From a virus (taxonomy: Duplodnaviria; Caudoviricetes): 55,846 nucleotides of DNA. Shown here piece by piece: positions 26,424 through 35,981 of the stretch. Both the position numbers and the translations under genes were made by a program. The stretch covers positions 1 to 55,846 of IMG/VR virus record IMGVR_UViG_3300042471_001765. One strand, 5' to 3'. The first letter of the stretch is position 1, and every line of letters begins with the position of its first letter. The notes beneath the pieces were generated by a model. It was not told the origin of the DNA. It worked only from the letters and a program-made list of their open reading frames with translations, and made no database searches.

Positions 26424-27117
26424 TTTCTGGGAACTCCTTATAGAATTGGCCTAATAATTTAGAACCGCCGGCTTTAGAGGTTCTGCCTCCAACTTGCTTA
26501 AAGAAAAATGCCACGCCAGCTTTTTGACATTGATCGCGAATATCCTCAGCCCATTCCATTTTCATTGGGCGATGCTTAAGCCCAGATTCTCCACCCACTA
26601 TCACCCAGTGGATATCTTTTAAGTCAAGATTCAATGAACCTAAAAGTGGTTCACAGGAAAGAAACCGCACCGATGCAGGTACTTGACGTAGTAAGTCAAT
26701 CCGATGGACGTAGTTCTGGTTTTCCACCGACACACCCATCCAAATATTTTTATGAAATACTAAGCTAGGAGCTAACTCAACTAGTCGTTCAGGTCTTTTT
26801 GTCAATATTTGATATGTGTGCCGGGGTGTGGCTTCAGCCACCGCAAAGACATCTTGAATGAACTCAATATGTACTTTTTCATGGAACAGGTCGCTCATTG
26901 AATTGACAAATATTTTGCTAGGCTTTCGCCACTTCAATGGTTCTGCGAGCCTTTCTGGATGTAATGTTAAATCAAACCCATTCTTAAAATTATCAGGAAA
27001 ACGCCGAGTTACTTCCTCAGCGTAACAGTGAGCGCATCCCGGACTTATTTTGTTGCACCCAGTTACTGGGTTCCATGTCTTATCAGTCCACTCAATTCCT
27101 GTGCTGGTACTAGACAT
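26416..27117 (-). CDS. Phage Gp37/Gp68 family (DUF5131) radical-SAM-like protein
   Basis: IEWTDKTWNPVTGC.KISPGC.HCYA, FVNSMSDLFH and WVIVGGESG motifs. Confidence 0.93.
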   Translation of the reverse strand: MSSTSTGIEWTDKTWNPVTGCNKISPGCAHCYAEEVTRRFPDNFKNGFDLTLHPERLAEPLKWRKPSKIFVNSMSDLFHEKVHIEFIQDVFAVAEATPRHTYQILTKRPERLVELAPSLVFHKNIWMGVSVENQNYVHRIDLLRQVPASVRFLSCEPLLGSLNLDLKDIHWVIVGGESGLKHRPMKMEWAEDIRDQCQKAGVAFFFKQVGGRTSKAGGSKLLGQFYKEFPENE

Positions 27118-27441
27118 TACTCCTACTCCTATAAAAATGCGATCGCACCATTCACGACGTGCGATCGCGTGAACTATTTATCTATCTTTTGGCGGACGAC
27201 CGCCATCTAATGGCGGTTTAGGGTCTTCAAGACAAAGACATTGGAATTCGAGACAAACGAGATGATAGCTTTTAGCAAAGCTATCAAATTTCATACACCA
27301 CCCTTTAATCTGTTCCAAGGAACGGGGTTGGAACAGATTACATGAGTCACAAGTTGCTGCTGCTGATATCATAAGATTAGATTAGGTCATCAAGGCGATC
27401 GCGTAGACAAGTAATGAACGCGATCGCTTTTTTGCACTCTT

Positions 27442-27548
27442 ATACTGTACACTGACAGTTAGCAGTTGTCAAGGGGTGTTAGTAAAAAATTTAGTAAAAA
27501 AATATTTTATTTTTTTTAGATACTGTACACTGGTGGTTAGCAGTGTTA
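27442..27548. promoter_or_regulatory. Divergent promoter region with two direct-repeat operators
   Basis: ATACTGTACACTG-N4-TTAGCAGT at about 27442 and 27520; minus-strand TTGACA at 27472-27467. Confidence 0.6.
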
Positions 27549-27558
27549 TGGTAAGCAT

Positions 27559-27795
27559 ATGATAATCAGGCAAGTCAGGGAAGTGATCGCGCCAGAGCTT
27601 CCCGGAATTCTAAAAGAGGCGAGGCGTAAAAAAGGGATGAGTTTTTTAGCCCTGGCGCGTACCACTGGGATATCCCGTGGAAGCCTTCAAAAGTTTGAAT
27701 CTGGTAAAGCGATCGCGATCGCTTTACCAACCTTGGAGAAAATCTCTAAGGCACTAGATATTAAAATCGATTGGAGAAACTATGAAACTTTTTGA
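27559..27795 (+). CDS. XRE-family HTH regulator
   Basis: LKEARRKKGMS..ALARTTGISRGSLQKFESG. Confidence 0.85.
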   Translation: MIIRQVREVIAPELPGILKEARRKKGMSFLALARTTGISRGSLQKFESGKAIAIALPTLEKISKALDIKIDWRNYETF

Positions 27796-28129
27796 TTTAC
27801 TAATGAGAGGCTTTCCCTACGACAACAATGTGGCAGTCTTTGCCACAACCGACAAGAAAGGAAAATTTTATCCTGAGTCAGAATCGTGTTTAAGCCAGAC
27901 AGATATGGAAAACGGGGGACTTCCGGGATCTTATGAGCAATTCGAGCGATGTGATGTAATCACCGACTTCATCGATAATTACATCGGTGAAGAAGACATC
28001 GTTGACTTCCTCCGAGAGGATACAAAATTGGATGCGATCAGAGAACTGATAGCCCAAATAAATGCGGAAAAGCCGATCCGGATATGCCCGGATCTGCCAG
28101 AGGTGGTTAGAAGGATGATCACGCTTTAA
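27782..28129 (+). CDS. Acidic hypothetical protein
   Basis: GGAG RBS; coupled to the HTH gene and followed by a terminator. Confidence 0.65.
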   Translation: MKLFDLLMRGFPYDNNVAVFATTDKKGKFYPESESCLSQTDMENGGLPGSYEQFERCDVITDFIDNYIGEEDIVDFLREDTKLDAIRELIAQINAEKPIRICPDLPEVVRRMITL

Positions 28130-28145
28130 GCTTCCATCAGTCTTA

Positions 28146-28182
28146 AATAGCTCCTGTAAAAATTTACAGGAGCTATTTTTTA
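28146..28182 (+). terminator. Intrinsic terminator
   Basis: aaatagctcctgtaaa-aa-tttacaggagctattttt. Confidence 0.8.
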
Positions 28183-28436
28183 TGGCGGATCAACCAACTG
28201 AAGCCGATTCTGGAAAATTAACACAATAGCTTTTTACTATATAGAAGAGAGATCCTCACTCTTTAATTAATTTATTTAAATAAGAAAGAAATAAATTCAA
28301 TTCAAGAAAAAGATATTGTGACAAAAACCAAAAAACGGCATCAGTGCTGAACTGGATGTGATATAGTAAAAAGTAAGCGCCCTGTGAAAACAGAGCGCTT
28401 ACGAACTTACACAAAATGATCTGAACAGTTTATATC

Positions 28437-29207
28437 ATGACTATCATAACACAGATCCTCACAACTGAACAAATTAAAGAGACGGAACAAGAGGCGATCG
28501 CATTTGCCGCCACCCGCACGGATCGCCAGATTCTAACAATGATGGCAACTCTAAATGCCTATGCCTGGAGGGCTGCCATAGATTACGGTGCTATCAAAGC
28601 CGATGAATCGGGTCACACGACCATCCAGTATGAGAATTGGAAAAAATTGTTAAATGCCTCGGCGCGCGGGGGAATTAAGATAATGGTGGCTGTAAAGTAC
28701 TTGGCTACCTACATAAAAAGATTTTGGCGGGGAGCTTTCCACACCAGACCGACAATGATGACTTACCGTGAATACCTCGTAGCCTTTGGATTGTTTACGT
28801 ACGATCGCGATCGCCCCCAACATACAGTATTGCCGCCGGAGTTGGAGGGTGTGGATTTTTGTAAGATGCTCATTATATATAGGGTTTTAGATCGCATCCT
28901 ACGGGAGCGGGTAGCTAGAAAAAATAACTATAGTGAGGATGCAGCATTTGATTTTCTTCCCAAGCATGGGGGAATGTCGATGATTATCATGTACGATGCT
29001 TTATTTGCTGGAAGTAGTGATTTTCAAGGGAATTATCAAGAAGAAAAGAATATAGCGATCGCCTTTGCGGAGACCGCGCCCCTGCCACCCATTCAGTGGA
29101 GTTACCCTAAGTTCACGACTTTATGTCGCAGAGCTTGGCAGAAGCTTTTACAAAGAAGTGGATACTTCAATAGATGGGAGCAGCAGCTAGAATTATGCAC
29201 CACGTAA
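28437..29207 (+). CDS. Hypothetical protein
   Basis: 256-aa ORF with no recognised motif. Confidence 0.65.
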   Translation: MTIITQILTTEQIKETEQEAIAFAATRTDRQILTMMATLNAYAWRAAIDYGAIKADESGHTTIQYENWKKLLNASARGGIKIMVAVKYLATYIKRFWRGAFHTRPTMMTYREYLVAFGLFTYDRDRPQHTVLPPELEGVDFCKMLIIYRVLDRILRERVARKNNYSEDAAFDFLPKHGGMSMIIMYDALFAGSSDFQGNYQEEKNIAIAFAETAPLPPIQWSYPKFTTLCRRAWQKLLQRSGYFNRWEQQLELCTT

Positions 29208-30073
29208 ACGAAATATTGAATGAATCAGTAACAAAATATGGCATATCCGCTATTTATGCCTTATTTTCCGGTGGGCATGATTCATTGACGAATACTCACC
29301 TAACAGCCAAGCACCCTTTATTTGCCGGGGTGCTGCATATTGATACAGGTATTGGCATTCCTCAAACTCAAGATTTTGTACGTGCTACCTGCGATCGCTA
29401 TGGCTGGGAGCTACAAATTTATAAGGCTACAGAATATATCAATGGCAAGGGGCAACTACAGCCACAAATATATAGGGATATGGTGCTGGAATATGGATTT
29501 CCTGGTCCTTCGCTTCACCAAAAAATGTACGATCGCCTTAAAGCCTTGCCACTAGCGCATTTTATTAGAGATTGGCGCAAGATAAATGGTAAAAAAATCA
29601 TAGGTTTATCCACTGGGGCAAGAAAAGAAGAGAGCCGCCGACGGGCTGCATTTATGAATAAAAATCTTAATAATTATCGCAAAGATGGGAGAAAAATCTG
29701 GATAAATCCTATTGCGGATTGGCTTGATGATGATTGCGATCGCTACATCAAAGAAAATAATCTGCCAAGGAATCCGGTAAAAGATAATCTTTGTATGAGT
29801 GGTGAGTGCCTGTGTGGAGCCTATGCACAGCCACGGGAATTGCAGCAAATAGAATTTTTCTATCCAGAGGTAGGGGCTAGGATTCGGGCATTAGAGGAAG
29901 AAGTAAAAACTAAATTCCCGTGGGGATGGGATGAGAAGCCCCCGGTATGGTGGGCTGAAAAAATCAAAGCTGAAAGATTAGAAGAGTATGGGCAAATAAA
30001 TTTATTTAATCCCTTGTGTACATCTTGTAATTTACGGTATTTGCTCACAAAAGATGATTTAATGTATAAATGA
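29195..30073 (+). CDS. PAPS reductase (CysH/DndC-like) family PP-loop protein
   Basis: FSGGHDS PP-loop, IDTG, G.RKEES.RR, NPI.DW and SGECLCGA motifs. Confidence 0.85.
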   Translation: MHHVNEILNESVTKYGISAIYALFSGGHDSLTNTHLTAKHPLFAGVLHIDTGIGIPQTQDFVRATCDRYGWELQIYKATEYINGKGQLQPQIYRDMVLEYGFPGPSLHQKMYDRLKALPLAHFIRDWRKINGKKIIGLSTGARKEESRRRAAFMNKNLNNYRKDGRKIWINPIADWLDDDCDRYIKENNLPRNPVKDNLCMSGECLCGAYAQPRELQQIEFFYPEVGARIRALEEEVKTKFPWGWDEKPPVWWAEKIKAERLEEYGQINLFNPLCTSCNLRYLLTKDDLMYK

Positions 30074-30094
30074 TGATTTTTAAAAAAAATTAGT

Positions 30095-30721
30095 ATGCCA
30101 GAGATAGCCAGCTTAAAGGCTGCCATACAATCTTGTTGCTTAAGTTTCGTTGATGATGAGCTTTTGATAAATTGCTCATCCCTAGAAGCTTGGAAATTGC
30201 TGCTAAGGGGACAGCGGGTACTCCCTACCCTGATCATGCAACAATTTGAGCAAGTCACTGGACTTCGTAGGATAATAATATGTAAAGGAGAAGCAAGCGT
30301 GATCCTAACAGTGCCTCTCACGCTTCTACCAAACATGAACGAAACCAGTACTTTAGTACTGCCTAAAAAGCAATTATCACAATCTGATGTGATAATTGAG
30401 TGCCTAAAGTGTGAATCTGCATGCGGAATAGTCCGCATGAGCGATCACAAGGGGCTATTTTCAAATACTAGTATTTTTCTAGCTTCCAATGCCCACCCCA
30501 ACGATTGGCTGGGCAGGAAGATGTCAGATTTTTGGATTGAATCGGAACTTGATGCCTACATCAAGCGCCTATCCAAGGATAGTGAATTAACCAACTATTC
30601 ATACGTGGCGAGGCTTTTCAGTGGAGAAAATGCTCGTTTAACAGTGAATGCCCGGTTGGTGATTTTTAATGGTGAAATAGCTCGCATGGTGGAAACCGTG
30701 TCTCGCGAGCTACTAGTTTAA
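30095..30721 (+). CDS. Hypothetical protein with possible C-terminal PAS-like domain
   Basis: GLFSN...DWLGRKMSDFW pattern followed by beta strands. Confidence 0.45.
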   Translation: MPEIASLKAAIQSCCLSFVDDELLINCSSLEAWKLLLRGQRVLPTLIMQQFEQVTGLRRIIICKGEASVILTVPLTLLPNMNETSTLVLPKKQLSQSDVIIECLKCESACGIVRMSDHKGLFSNTSIFLASNAHPNDWLGRKMSDFWIESELDAYIKRLSKDSELTNYSYVARLFSGENARLTVNARLVIFNGEIARMVETVSRELLV

Positions 30722-31293
30722 TTTAAGTAAGGAAAGATTAAATTTAAATATTCCTGGTTTTCCTGCCCTTCGTGAGTAGGAATTTCTTTATGGCAGAATT
30801 TAGCCAAGCTTTCAGCAGTGCCGAATCTGCGTCCAGTTTCTGGGTTCACCAGCACGGACGATAAAAACCATAAGTCCTGCTCCATTTCGTCAGTTTGGTT
30901 TCCTGCCAGGATAATCAGCAGGTCTTGATAATTAATGCCGGATTTAATTACCAAGTCGTCGGCAGACATTTTGAGTAAATTGATTTTAATCAGATGGATG
31001 AGGGTATTCATCCTGATGTTTTTCAATAAATTCTCCGAGGCGATATCAATAAAATCGTAGATATCCAGTCCCCGCACTATGTCAGAAGCCGCGATCGCGG
31101 CCAAGGTGTTAAATTCCGGTGTCCCTTCATTCTTTTCAATCCGGTTGATTGTGCGGTAGCTGATCTTAAATCCTGTGGAAGCCGCGATCGCCGCTGCGGC
31201 TTGTCTGAGGGTGAGTCCCCTCGCTTCCCTCCCGGCTTGGATGACTTTACCCAGTTTCGCTAATCCCCTCTCTGTCCAGTACTTATTAATCAT
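30718..31293 (-). CDS. CI-like XRE repressor
   Basis: REARGLTLRQAA...ISYRTINRIEK...PEFNTLAAIA; divergent from a small regulator. Confidence 0.75.
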   Translation of the reverse strand: MINKYWTERGLAKLGKVIQAGREARGLTLRQAAAAIAASTGFKISYRTINRIEKNEGTPEFNTLAAIAASDIVRGLDIYDFIDIASENLLKNIRMNTLIHLIKINLLKMSADDLVIKSGINYQDLLIILAGNQTDEMEQDLWFLSSVLVNPETGRRFGTAESLAKFCHKEIPTHEGQENQEYLNLIFPYLN

Positions 31294-31330
31294 TCTTGCC
31301 TATTATCGATATTTTCTCTATTGTGCCTCA

Positions 31331-31361
31331 TTGTTGGATATACAAACAGTATACGCAACAA
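31331..31361. promoter_or_regulatory. Imperfect inverted repeat in the repressor/cro intergenic region
   Basis: TTGTTGGATATAC-aaaca-GTATACGCAACAA (11 of 13 positions complementary). Confidence 0.45.
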
Positions 31362-31437
31362 AAAAAATATTTTTCTAAATTGTTCACAATGATGAACCTG
31401 TATGTTATAGTATGTTCAGTGTGAATCACAAAGAACA

Positions 31438-31620
31438 ATGGACAAGCTAAACATCAGAAAACAACCGACTACTAGGATTCATCCCGGCGATCGCGCCAGG
31501 CTGAACGAATTAGCTTTAGTACTGGGGATTACCCAGTACGAGGCTCTAAGATTATGCCTCCGAGTGGGTTTTGCTTCCTTGGAAACAAACCCCCAAGGGT
31601 TGATGGGGGTTGAAATATGA
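31438..31620 (+). CDS. Small Cro/RHH-like regulator
   Basis: TTRIHPGDRARLNELALVLGITQYEALRL. Confidence 0.55.
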   Translation: MDKLNIRKQPTTRIHPGDRARLNELALVLGITQYEALRLCLRVGFASLETNPQGLMGVEI

Positions 31621-32552
31621 CTACTGAAGAAAGAGGCTCTGGAAGGATTGAGGTGATAGATATCACCCAACTTCTACCCCACTCCTTAAATGCTTCTATC
31701 TACGGGGCAGAGGAGGATGTCTCAGATTTAGTAGAAGCAATTACAGAAAGCGGGCATATAGATCCGCTCTCTGTAATTCAAGTTGGTGATAAAGGTGATA
31801 AATACCAAGTCCTGCGGGGACACCGCAGGCTACGAGCAGCCAAGCAGATGCAACTGGCAAAGCTGCCATGTACAGTCTTAGTAAACTTGACAGAAGAAGA
31901 AAAATTGGTCATTTTACTCACTGGAAATGTCCAGAGAGAAAAGACTATTGAAGTCAAAGTCCGCGAGGCTTGGCTTTGGGAAGAAATCTACAAAACCCAA
32001 GCCAAAGCCCGCATGGGCAAAAAAGGATCGGGGCAGGGTGCTGCCCGCGACCTCATAGCCAAGCAAGTGGGGCTTGGTTCTGGTGTGACTTATGAGCGCG
32101 CCAGCGCTGCGGTCAAAGCCATGGAAGGAAACCACCCCATGGCAGATCAGATAAAAGAGATTGTTACCAGCCCTACTGGTAAAGTCTCTAAAGCTTACAA
32201 ATTAATCCAGGAAGATAAGGAAGAAAAAACTTTCACCTCTGTAGCAGCAGAGGTGAAGGACAAACAGAAGAAACTTGGACTGGGTACAAGTGATCAGGTT
32301 TTTCCTGATATTGAGCGCAACCAAGGAGATCCGAGAGAAATGGATACCCCCGTTGCCTGCTTACCGATTAAAAAGCCGGCGCAGCCAATGCCGGAAAAAT
32401 ACAAGGATATTCTTGTAAAGCTTAGAGACATTCAAGAGGAAGCGCGCGCGATCGCGAACTTCCTGGAAACCCGTGCTGAGTTCACAGACGATGCAGCACG
32501 GTTTGTAGATATGAGGGTTTCCGCAATGAAGACAAGGATATCTGCATTATGA
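31617..32552 (+). CDS. ParB/Spo0J-like protein
   Basis: L.PH.LN..IYG, DLVEAI..SG.IDPL and YQVLRGHRRLRAAK motifs, plus a downstream HTH. Confidence 0.85.
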   Translation: MTTEERGSGRIEVIDITQLLPHSLNASIYGAEEDVSDLVEAITESGHIDPLSVIQVGDKGDKYQVLRGHRRLRAAKQMQLAKLPCTVLVNLTEEEKLVILLTGNVQREKTIEVKVREAWLWEEIYKTQAKARMGKKGSGQGAARDLIAKQVGLGSGVTYERASAAVKAMEGNHPMADQIKEIVTSPTGKVSKAYKLIQEDKEEKTFTSVAAEVKDKQKKLGLGTSDQVFPDIERNQGDPREMDTPVACLPIKKPAQPMPEKYKDILVKLRDIQEEARAIANFLETRAEFTDDAARFVDMRVSAMKTRISAL

Positions 32553-32710
32553 AAAAGAATTTTAAGCCCCAATCACCACCGGGGCTGGTGGTGGCGCAGC
32601 AACCAAAACCGAACCTAATCGGTATGGATGGGTTCCCATGGCTCAAGCCAAGATACACCTGGGCAGATGCACCAGGGTGAGTGAAACTTGCCTATAGCGA
32701 TGAGGTAACA

Positions 32711-33559
32711 ATGAAAACAATAACAATGGTAGTCCCCAGCTACCTTGACGACTGGGGACTCAACCCCTATGAATTTCGTGTTTATTGCCGCATAGCCCGG
32801 CAGGCTGGTAAGTCGGGATGCCTTGAATCTATAGCATCTATGGCGCAGGCGTGCCTAATGGATGCCAAATCGGTGCGTAAAGCCATAAAAAGGTTGCTGG
32901 CAGATAAGCTAATCCGGGCGATCGCAGCACCGGGTAATCCTACCAGATATGAGCTTAATCCCATGGATGAATGGGAAGCTGCAAAGCGGGAACCCCTGCC
33001 AGATATGGTAGACCCCCCCTGCCAGATCCGGCATACCCCCCCTACCACATTAGGTAGCCCTACCCCTACCAGATCCGGCATACCCCCCCTACCAGATATG
33101 GTAGACCCCCCCTGCCAGATCCGGCATACCCCCCCTACCAGATCCGGCATACCCCCCCTGCCAGAAATCCCATCTAACAAGGATTTCTCAATGCCATCAG
33201 GATTTTCCCCACTTTCTGGAAAAAATCCAAGAACAGGAAAAGAGTATTTTCCTTGGCAAGGAATTCAGAATGGGCGCATTGCCAACAATCCTGAATTTTT
33301 GGAATTTGTAGCGCGATCGCTTACCTCCAAATACGACCATTACAAAAATCTACAACTCCGAGAGCTTCCCATTGAAATTAAAAATTATGTAAATCGCGCA
33401 CAGCATGATTTACAGCGTGAGGAGACTATGTGGGAGTACTGGAATATTTTTACATCAAATCAAAAGGAATTCTTGCCTCAAACCATGAGTGTAAATGAGG
33501 TAAAAACAATCTCCGCTTTGGAGAAAATGACACAAAACCTAGTAAACAAAGGATACTGA
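32711..33559 (+). CDS. Replication initiator (N-terminal winged HTH, internal iterons)
   Basis: LNPYEFRVYCRI...SIASMAQAC.MD..SVRKAIKRL winged-HTH pattern; central tandem repeats as in lambda O-type initiators. Confidence 0.75.
   Translation: MKTITMVVPSYLDDWGLNPYEFRVYCRIARQAGKSGCLESIASMAQACLMDAKSVRKAIKRLLADKLIRAIAAPGNPTRYELNPMDEWEAAKREPLPDMVDPPCQIRHTPPTTLGSPTPTRSGIPPLPDMVDPPCQIRHTPPTRSGIPPLPEIPSNKDFSMPSGFSPLSGKNPRTGKEYFPWQGIQNGRIANNPEFLEFVARSLTSKYDHYKNLQLRELPIEIKNYVNRAQHDLQREETMWEYWNIFTSNQKEFLPQTMSVNEVKTISALEKMTQNLVNKGY
32993..33166. repeat. Iteron-like tandem repeats (about 8 units of 22-23 bp); probable origin
   Basis: CCCCT(G/A)CCAGAT(ATGGTAGA/CCGGCATA)CCC units inside the initiator gene. 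Confidence 0.85.
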
Positions 33560-33560
33560 C

Positions 33561-33947
33561 ATGACCCCTAGGGAATTTACAGAGGCAATGAGCTTGTTGG
33601 CGGTAGTTCACGGAGCAGAACAACCCCCATTTATTAATGCGGACATTGCGGAAGTTTGGTATGAGTACTTTAAACCCCGATGCACGGGGCAGACGTTCAA
33701 ACGAGTCATTAAAAATTACTTAGCACATTGCCCGTGGATGCCCAAGTCTCCTAGCGATGTATGGAAGCTGTGGAGTGAGGAGCAGCGACCACCGGGGGAG
33801 AACTTTTTAGGGTATTCCCTGCCATCAAAGGAAGCCCGGCTAAAAGCAGAGCTAGATGATATGAGTTTGGAGCAGATGGAAGCCAACCGCCAGCGATTGG
33901 CACAGATGACACGCAAGCTTGTACAAAAAAAGAGCATGAAAATATGA
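33561..33947 (+). CDS. Helicase loader / inhibitor-like protein (G39P-like)
   Basis: MT..EF...M.LL...VWYEYF...PKSPSD pattern; follows the initiator. Confidence 0.5.
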   Translation: MTPREFTEAMSLLAVVHGAEQPPFINADIAEVWYEYFKPRCTGQTFKRVIKNYLAHCPWMPKSPSDVWKLWSEEQRPPGENFLGYSLPSKEARLKAELDDMSLEQMEANRQRLAQMTRKLVQKKSMKI

Positions 33948-34159
33948 CGCTGCAAGATTACATCCTACTTTCTTTAGATATAGATTTCTTGATTTATTCC
34001 CTAGAAAAATCTTCAGATCCTATATCTACAATCAAGCTGAATTTTGCAAAGCAGCACGGCTACCATGTGCGGGATAAAATCCAAAAAATTGAAAAGCAAG
34101 TAAATCATTTGAATGCTTGCTACAAACTTTCAACAATTAAAGGAGAAAACAGTGTTTGA
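33944..34159 (+). CDS. Hypothetical protein
   Basis: Coupled ORF. Confidence 0.55.
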   Translation: MTLQDYILLSLDIDFLIYSLEKSSDPISTIKLNFAKQHGYHVRDKIQKIEKQVNHLNACYKLSTIKGENSV

Positions 34160-34760
34160 CACCGACAATTACGAAACACCCAACCACATCGCCAAAGCAA
34201 TGGCTAGTTTGATACTCCATAGCGATAAGAAAATTTTAGAACCATGTGCTGGAACTGGTCAAATTGCCCAGTTCTTGCCAGATTATGCTCACTGTAACGA
34301 AATCTTGTTTCACAGGTATGAGCATTTATCCTGTGTCGTCAAGAATGCCAGCAATAAAGATTTTTTATTAGATGAGTTTGAAAGCTACGACTTAATCATC
34401 ACCAACCCTCCTTTTTCCCTGTGCCTGGAATTTATAGAAAAAGGGATTTATTTATTAAATAGGGATAATCCAAATGCCAGGTTAATTTTTCTCATGCCCC
34501 TAGACTGGAATTGTGCTAAAAGCAGAGCCAAAATATGGGCTTCTTTTGATGCACACATCCATCATGTGTATCGCATATCGCAGCGTGTAGATTACCTAAT
34601 GAATGGTAAGCCATGCAGCCGCACCCAAAAAGTGAAGAATGGGGAGCCGGTGTTTAGTGCTGCTGGATCGCCAGTAATGATGTCCGGCAGGCAATGCTAT
34701 GATGCTGTATTTGATATTCGTCCCGGCAAGCACTCACCCGCTACCACTTACTTATTATGA
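34152..34760 (+). CDS. DNA amino-methyltransferase (NPPF)
   Basis: YETP, LEPCAGTG and IITNPPF motifs; GTG start after AAGGAG. Confidence 0.85.
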   Translation: MFDTDNYETPNHIAKAMASLILHSDKKILEPCAGTGQIAQFLPDYAHCNEILFHRYEHLSCVVKNASNKDFLLDEFESYDLIITNPPFSLCLEFIEKGIYLLNRDNPNARLIFLMPLDWNCAKSRAKIWASFDAHIHHVYRISQRVDYLMNGKPCSRTQKVKNGEPVFSAAGSPVMMSGRQCYDAVFDIRPGKHSPATTYLL

Positions 34761-35659
34761 AAATCGGATCAATTTGTAGTGGCATGGGAATGGCTTTACA
34801 TGGCTTAGGAGATCGCGTCTGGGGCATTGAGTATGATCCTGCCATAGCCGACATTTACCAAGCCAATCATGGCTTAGGTATTATTTGCAGTCCAGTAGAA
34901 AAAATAAGCCCGGATACCTTGGAAGATGTGGACTGCATAGTAGCCACGCCTTCATGTATCCGAGCCTCTAAAGCCAATTATAGCAATAGCCCAAAAACCA
35001 GGGAAACTAGCGATGATCTTAGTGTAGCATGGGCGATCGCTAACATTATCAGCAGAAAGCTCCCTAAGTTTTTCATCTTGGAAAACGTCCCAGGATACAA
35101 AACTTTTGAGAGCTACAACACGATCATCAAAACATTATACGCCAATCAGTATTATGTTCGTACTCAAAAACTAAATCTAAAAAATTTCGGCATAGCTCAA
35201 AGTCGCGATCGCATCTATGTAATGGCTGTCCGCAATGGTTTTTTTATGGATATCGTACCACCGAATAAAAATATGGGATGGTATGAAGCGATCGCGGATA
35301 TAGTGGATACACTGCCAGATACAAAGCTGACTTCTTGGCAGCATCCCGTGGGTGATTGTTTATTTCGTAGGTGTGGGGCTAATAAATCCAACAATAGATT
35401 GTATGCCCCCCACGAACCAGTTTTCACCATCAGAGCCTATGGCAGAAAAGCAGGGGGACATTGGCATCAAGCCGATATCTCTATTGGTGGCAATTTCAAA
35501 GCACTAACACCCCAAGCTGAATTACGATTTTTTGGGGATAAAAAAACAGCCGACAAGATTAAATTGCCAACCTCCAAAGCCTTGGCTAGCGAGGTAGTAG
35601 GTAATGGCGCTAGTTGGGAGATCATGCAAATCTTACTAAATCACATGGTGAAAAAATGA
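34757..35659 (+). CDS. C5 cytosine DNA methyltransferase
   Basis: ICSGMG, TPSC catalytic motif, ILENV, QSRDR and VGN. Confidence 0.85.
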   Translation: MKIGSICSGMGMALHGLGDRVWGIEYDPAIADIYQANHGLGIICSPVEKISPDTLEDVDCIVATPSCIRASKANYSNSPKTRETSDDLSVAWAIANIISRKLPKFFILENVPGYKTFESYNTIIKTLYANQYYVRTQKLNLKNFGIAQSRDRIYVMAVRNGFFMDIVPPNKNMGWYEAIADIVDTLPDTKLTSWQHPVGDCLFRRCGANKSNNRLYAPHEPVFTIRAYGRKAGGHWHQADISIGGNFKALTPQAELRFFGDKKTADKIKLPTSKALASEVVGNGASWEIMQILLNHMVKK

Positions 35660-35865
35660 AAAACATTGATCATCCATCTCATTACAATAGCGGCGAAATT
35701 GAGTGCATTGATGCGATCGCTTCGGCACTCACACCAGAAGAATTAGCTGGGTTCATTAAGGGCAATGTTGTCAAGTACCTATGGCGCTCCAATTCCAAAG
35801 GTAAACTAGAGGATTTAGAAAAAGCTGAATGGTACTTAAAATGGTATTTGCAAAAAAAACGATGA
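35656..35865 (+). CDS. DUF3310 family protein
   Basis: HPSHY..GEIECIDAI...GNVVKYLWR...EDLEKAEWYL. Confidence 0.9.
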   Translation: MKNIDHPSHYNSGEIECIDAIASALTPEELAGFIKGNVVKYLWRSNSKGKLEDLEKAEWYLKWYLQKKR

Positions 35866-35876
35866 CTGACTAACTA

Positions 35877-35910
35877 AAAAAAACCCTGTAATCGCTCGCT
35901 GATTACAGGG
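35877..35910. terminator. Terminator (T-tract on the minus strand)
   Basis: aaaaaaa-ccctgtaatc-gctcgct-gattacaggg. Confidence 0.8.
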
Positions 35911-35949
35911 CAGGCATTAAACACAAAAGAAAAAGACAAATCTAACATA

Positions 35950-35981
35950 TTTACAATCCCCCCCTTGCGAGGGATTGTTAC
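35950..35981 (-). CRISPR. Solitary variant CRISPR repeat
   Basis: Minus strand GTAACAATCCCTCGCAAGGGGGGGATTGTAAA equals the array repeat minus TTGAG; preceded by TGATATAATGGGG as at the array. Confidence 0.85.

Noticed and set aside
27135-27432. Paired HIP1 sites forming hairpins as a novel element
   Set aside because: HIP1 is self-complementary and frequent here, so such pairs are expected; at most ordinary terminators.
29195-30073. CysH-like gene as part of a type IV-B CRISPR or Dnd phosphorothioation system
   Set aside because: No csf2/csf3 or dndB/D/E neighbours; stand-alone PAPS-reductase-like genes are common in phages.
32993-33166. Tandem repeats as a second CRISPR array
   Set aside because: No unique spacers; they lie inside the initiator gene and fit iterons.
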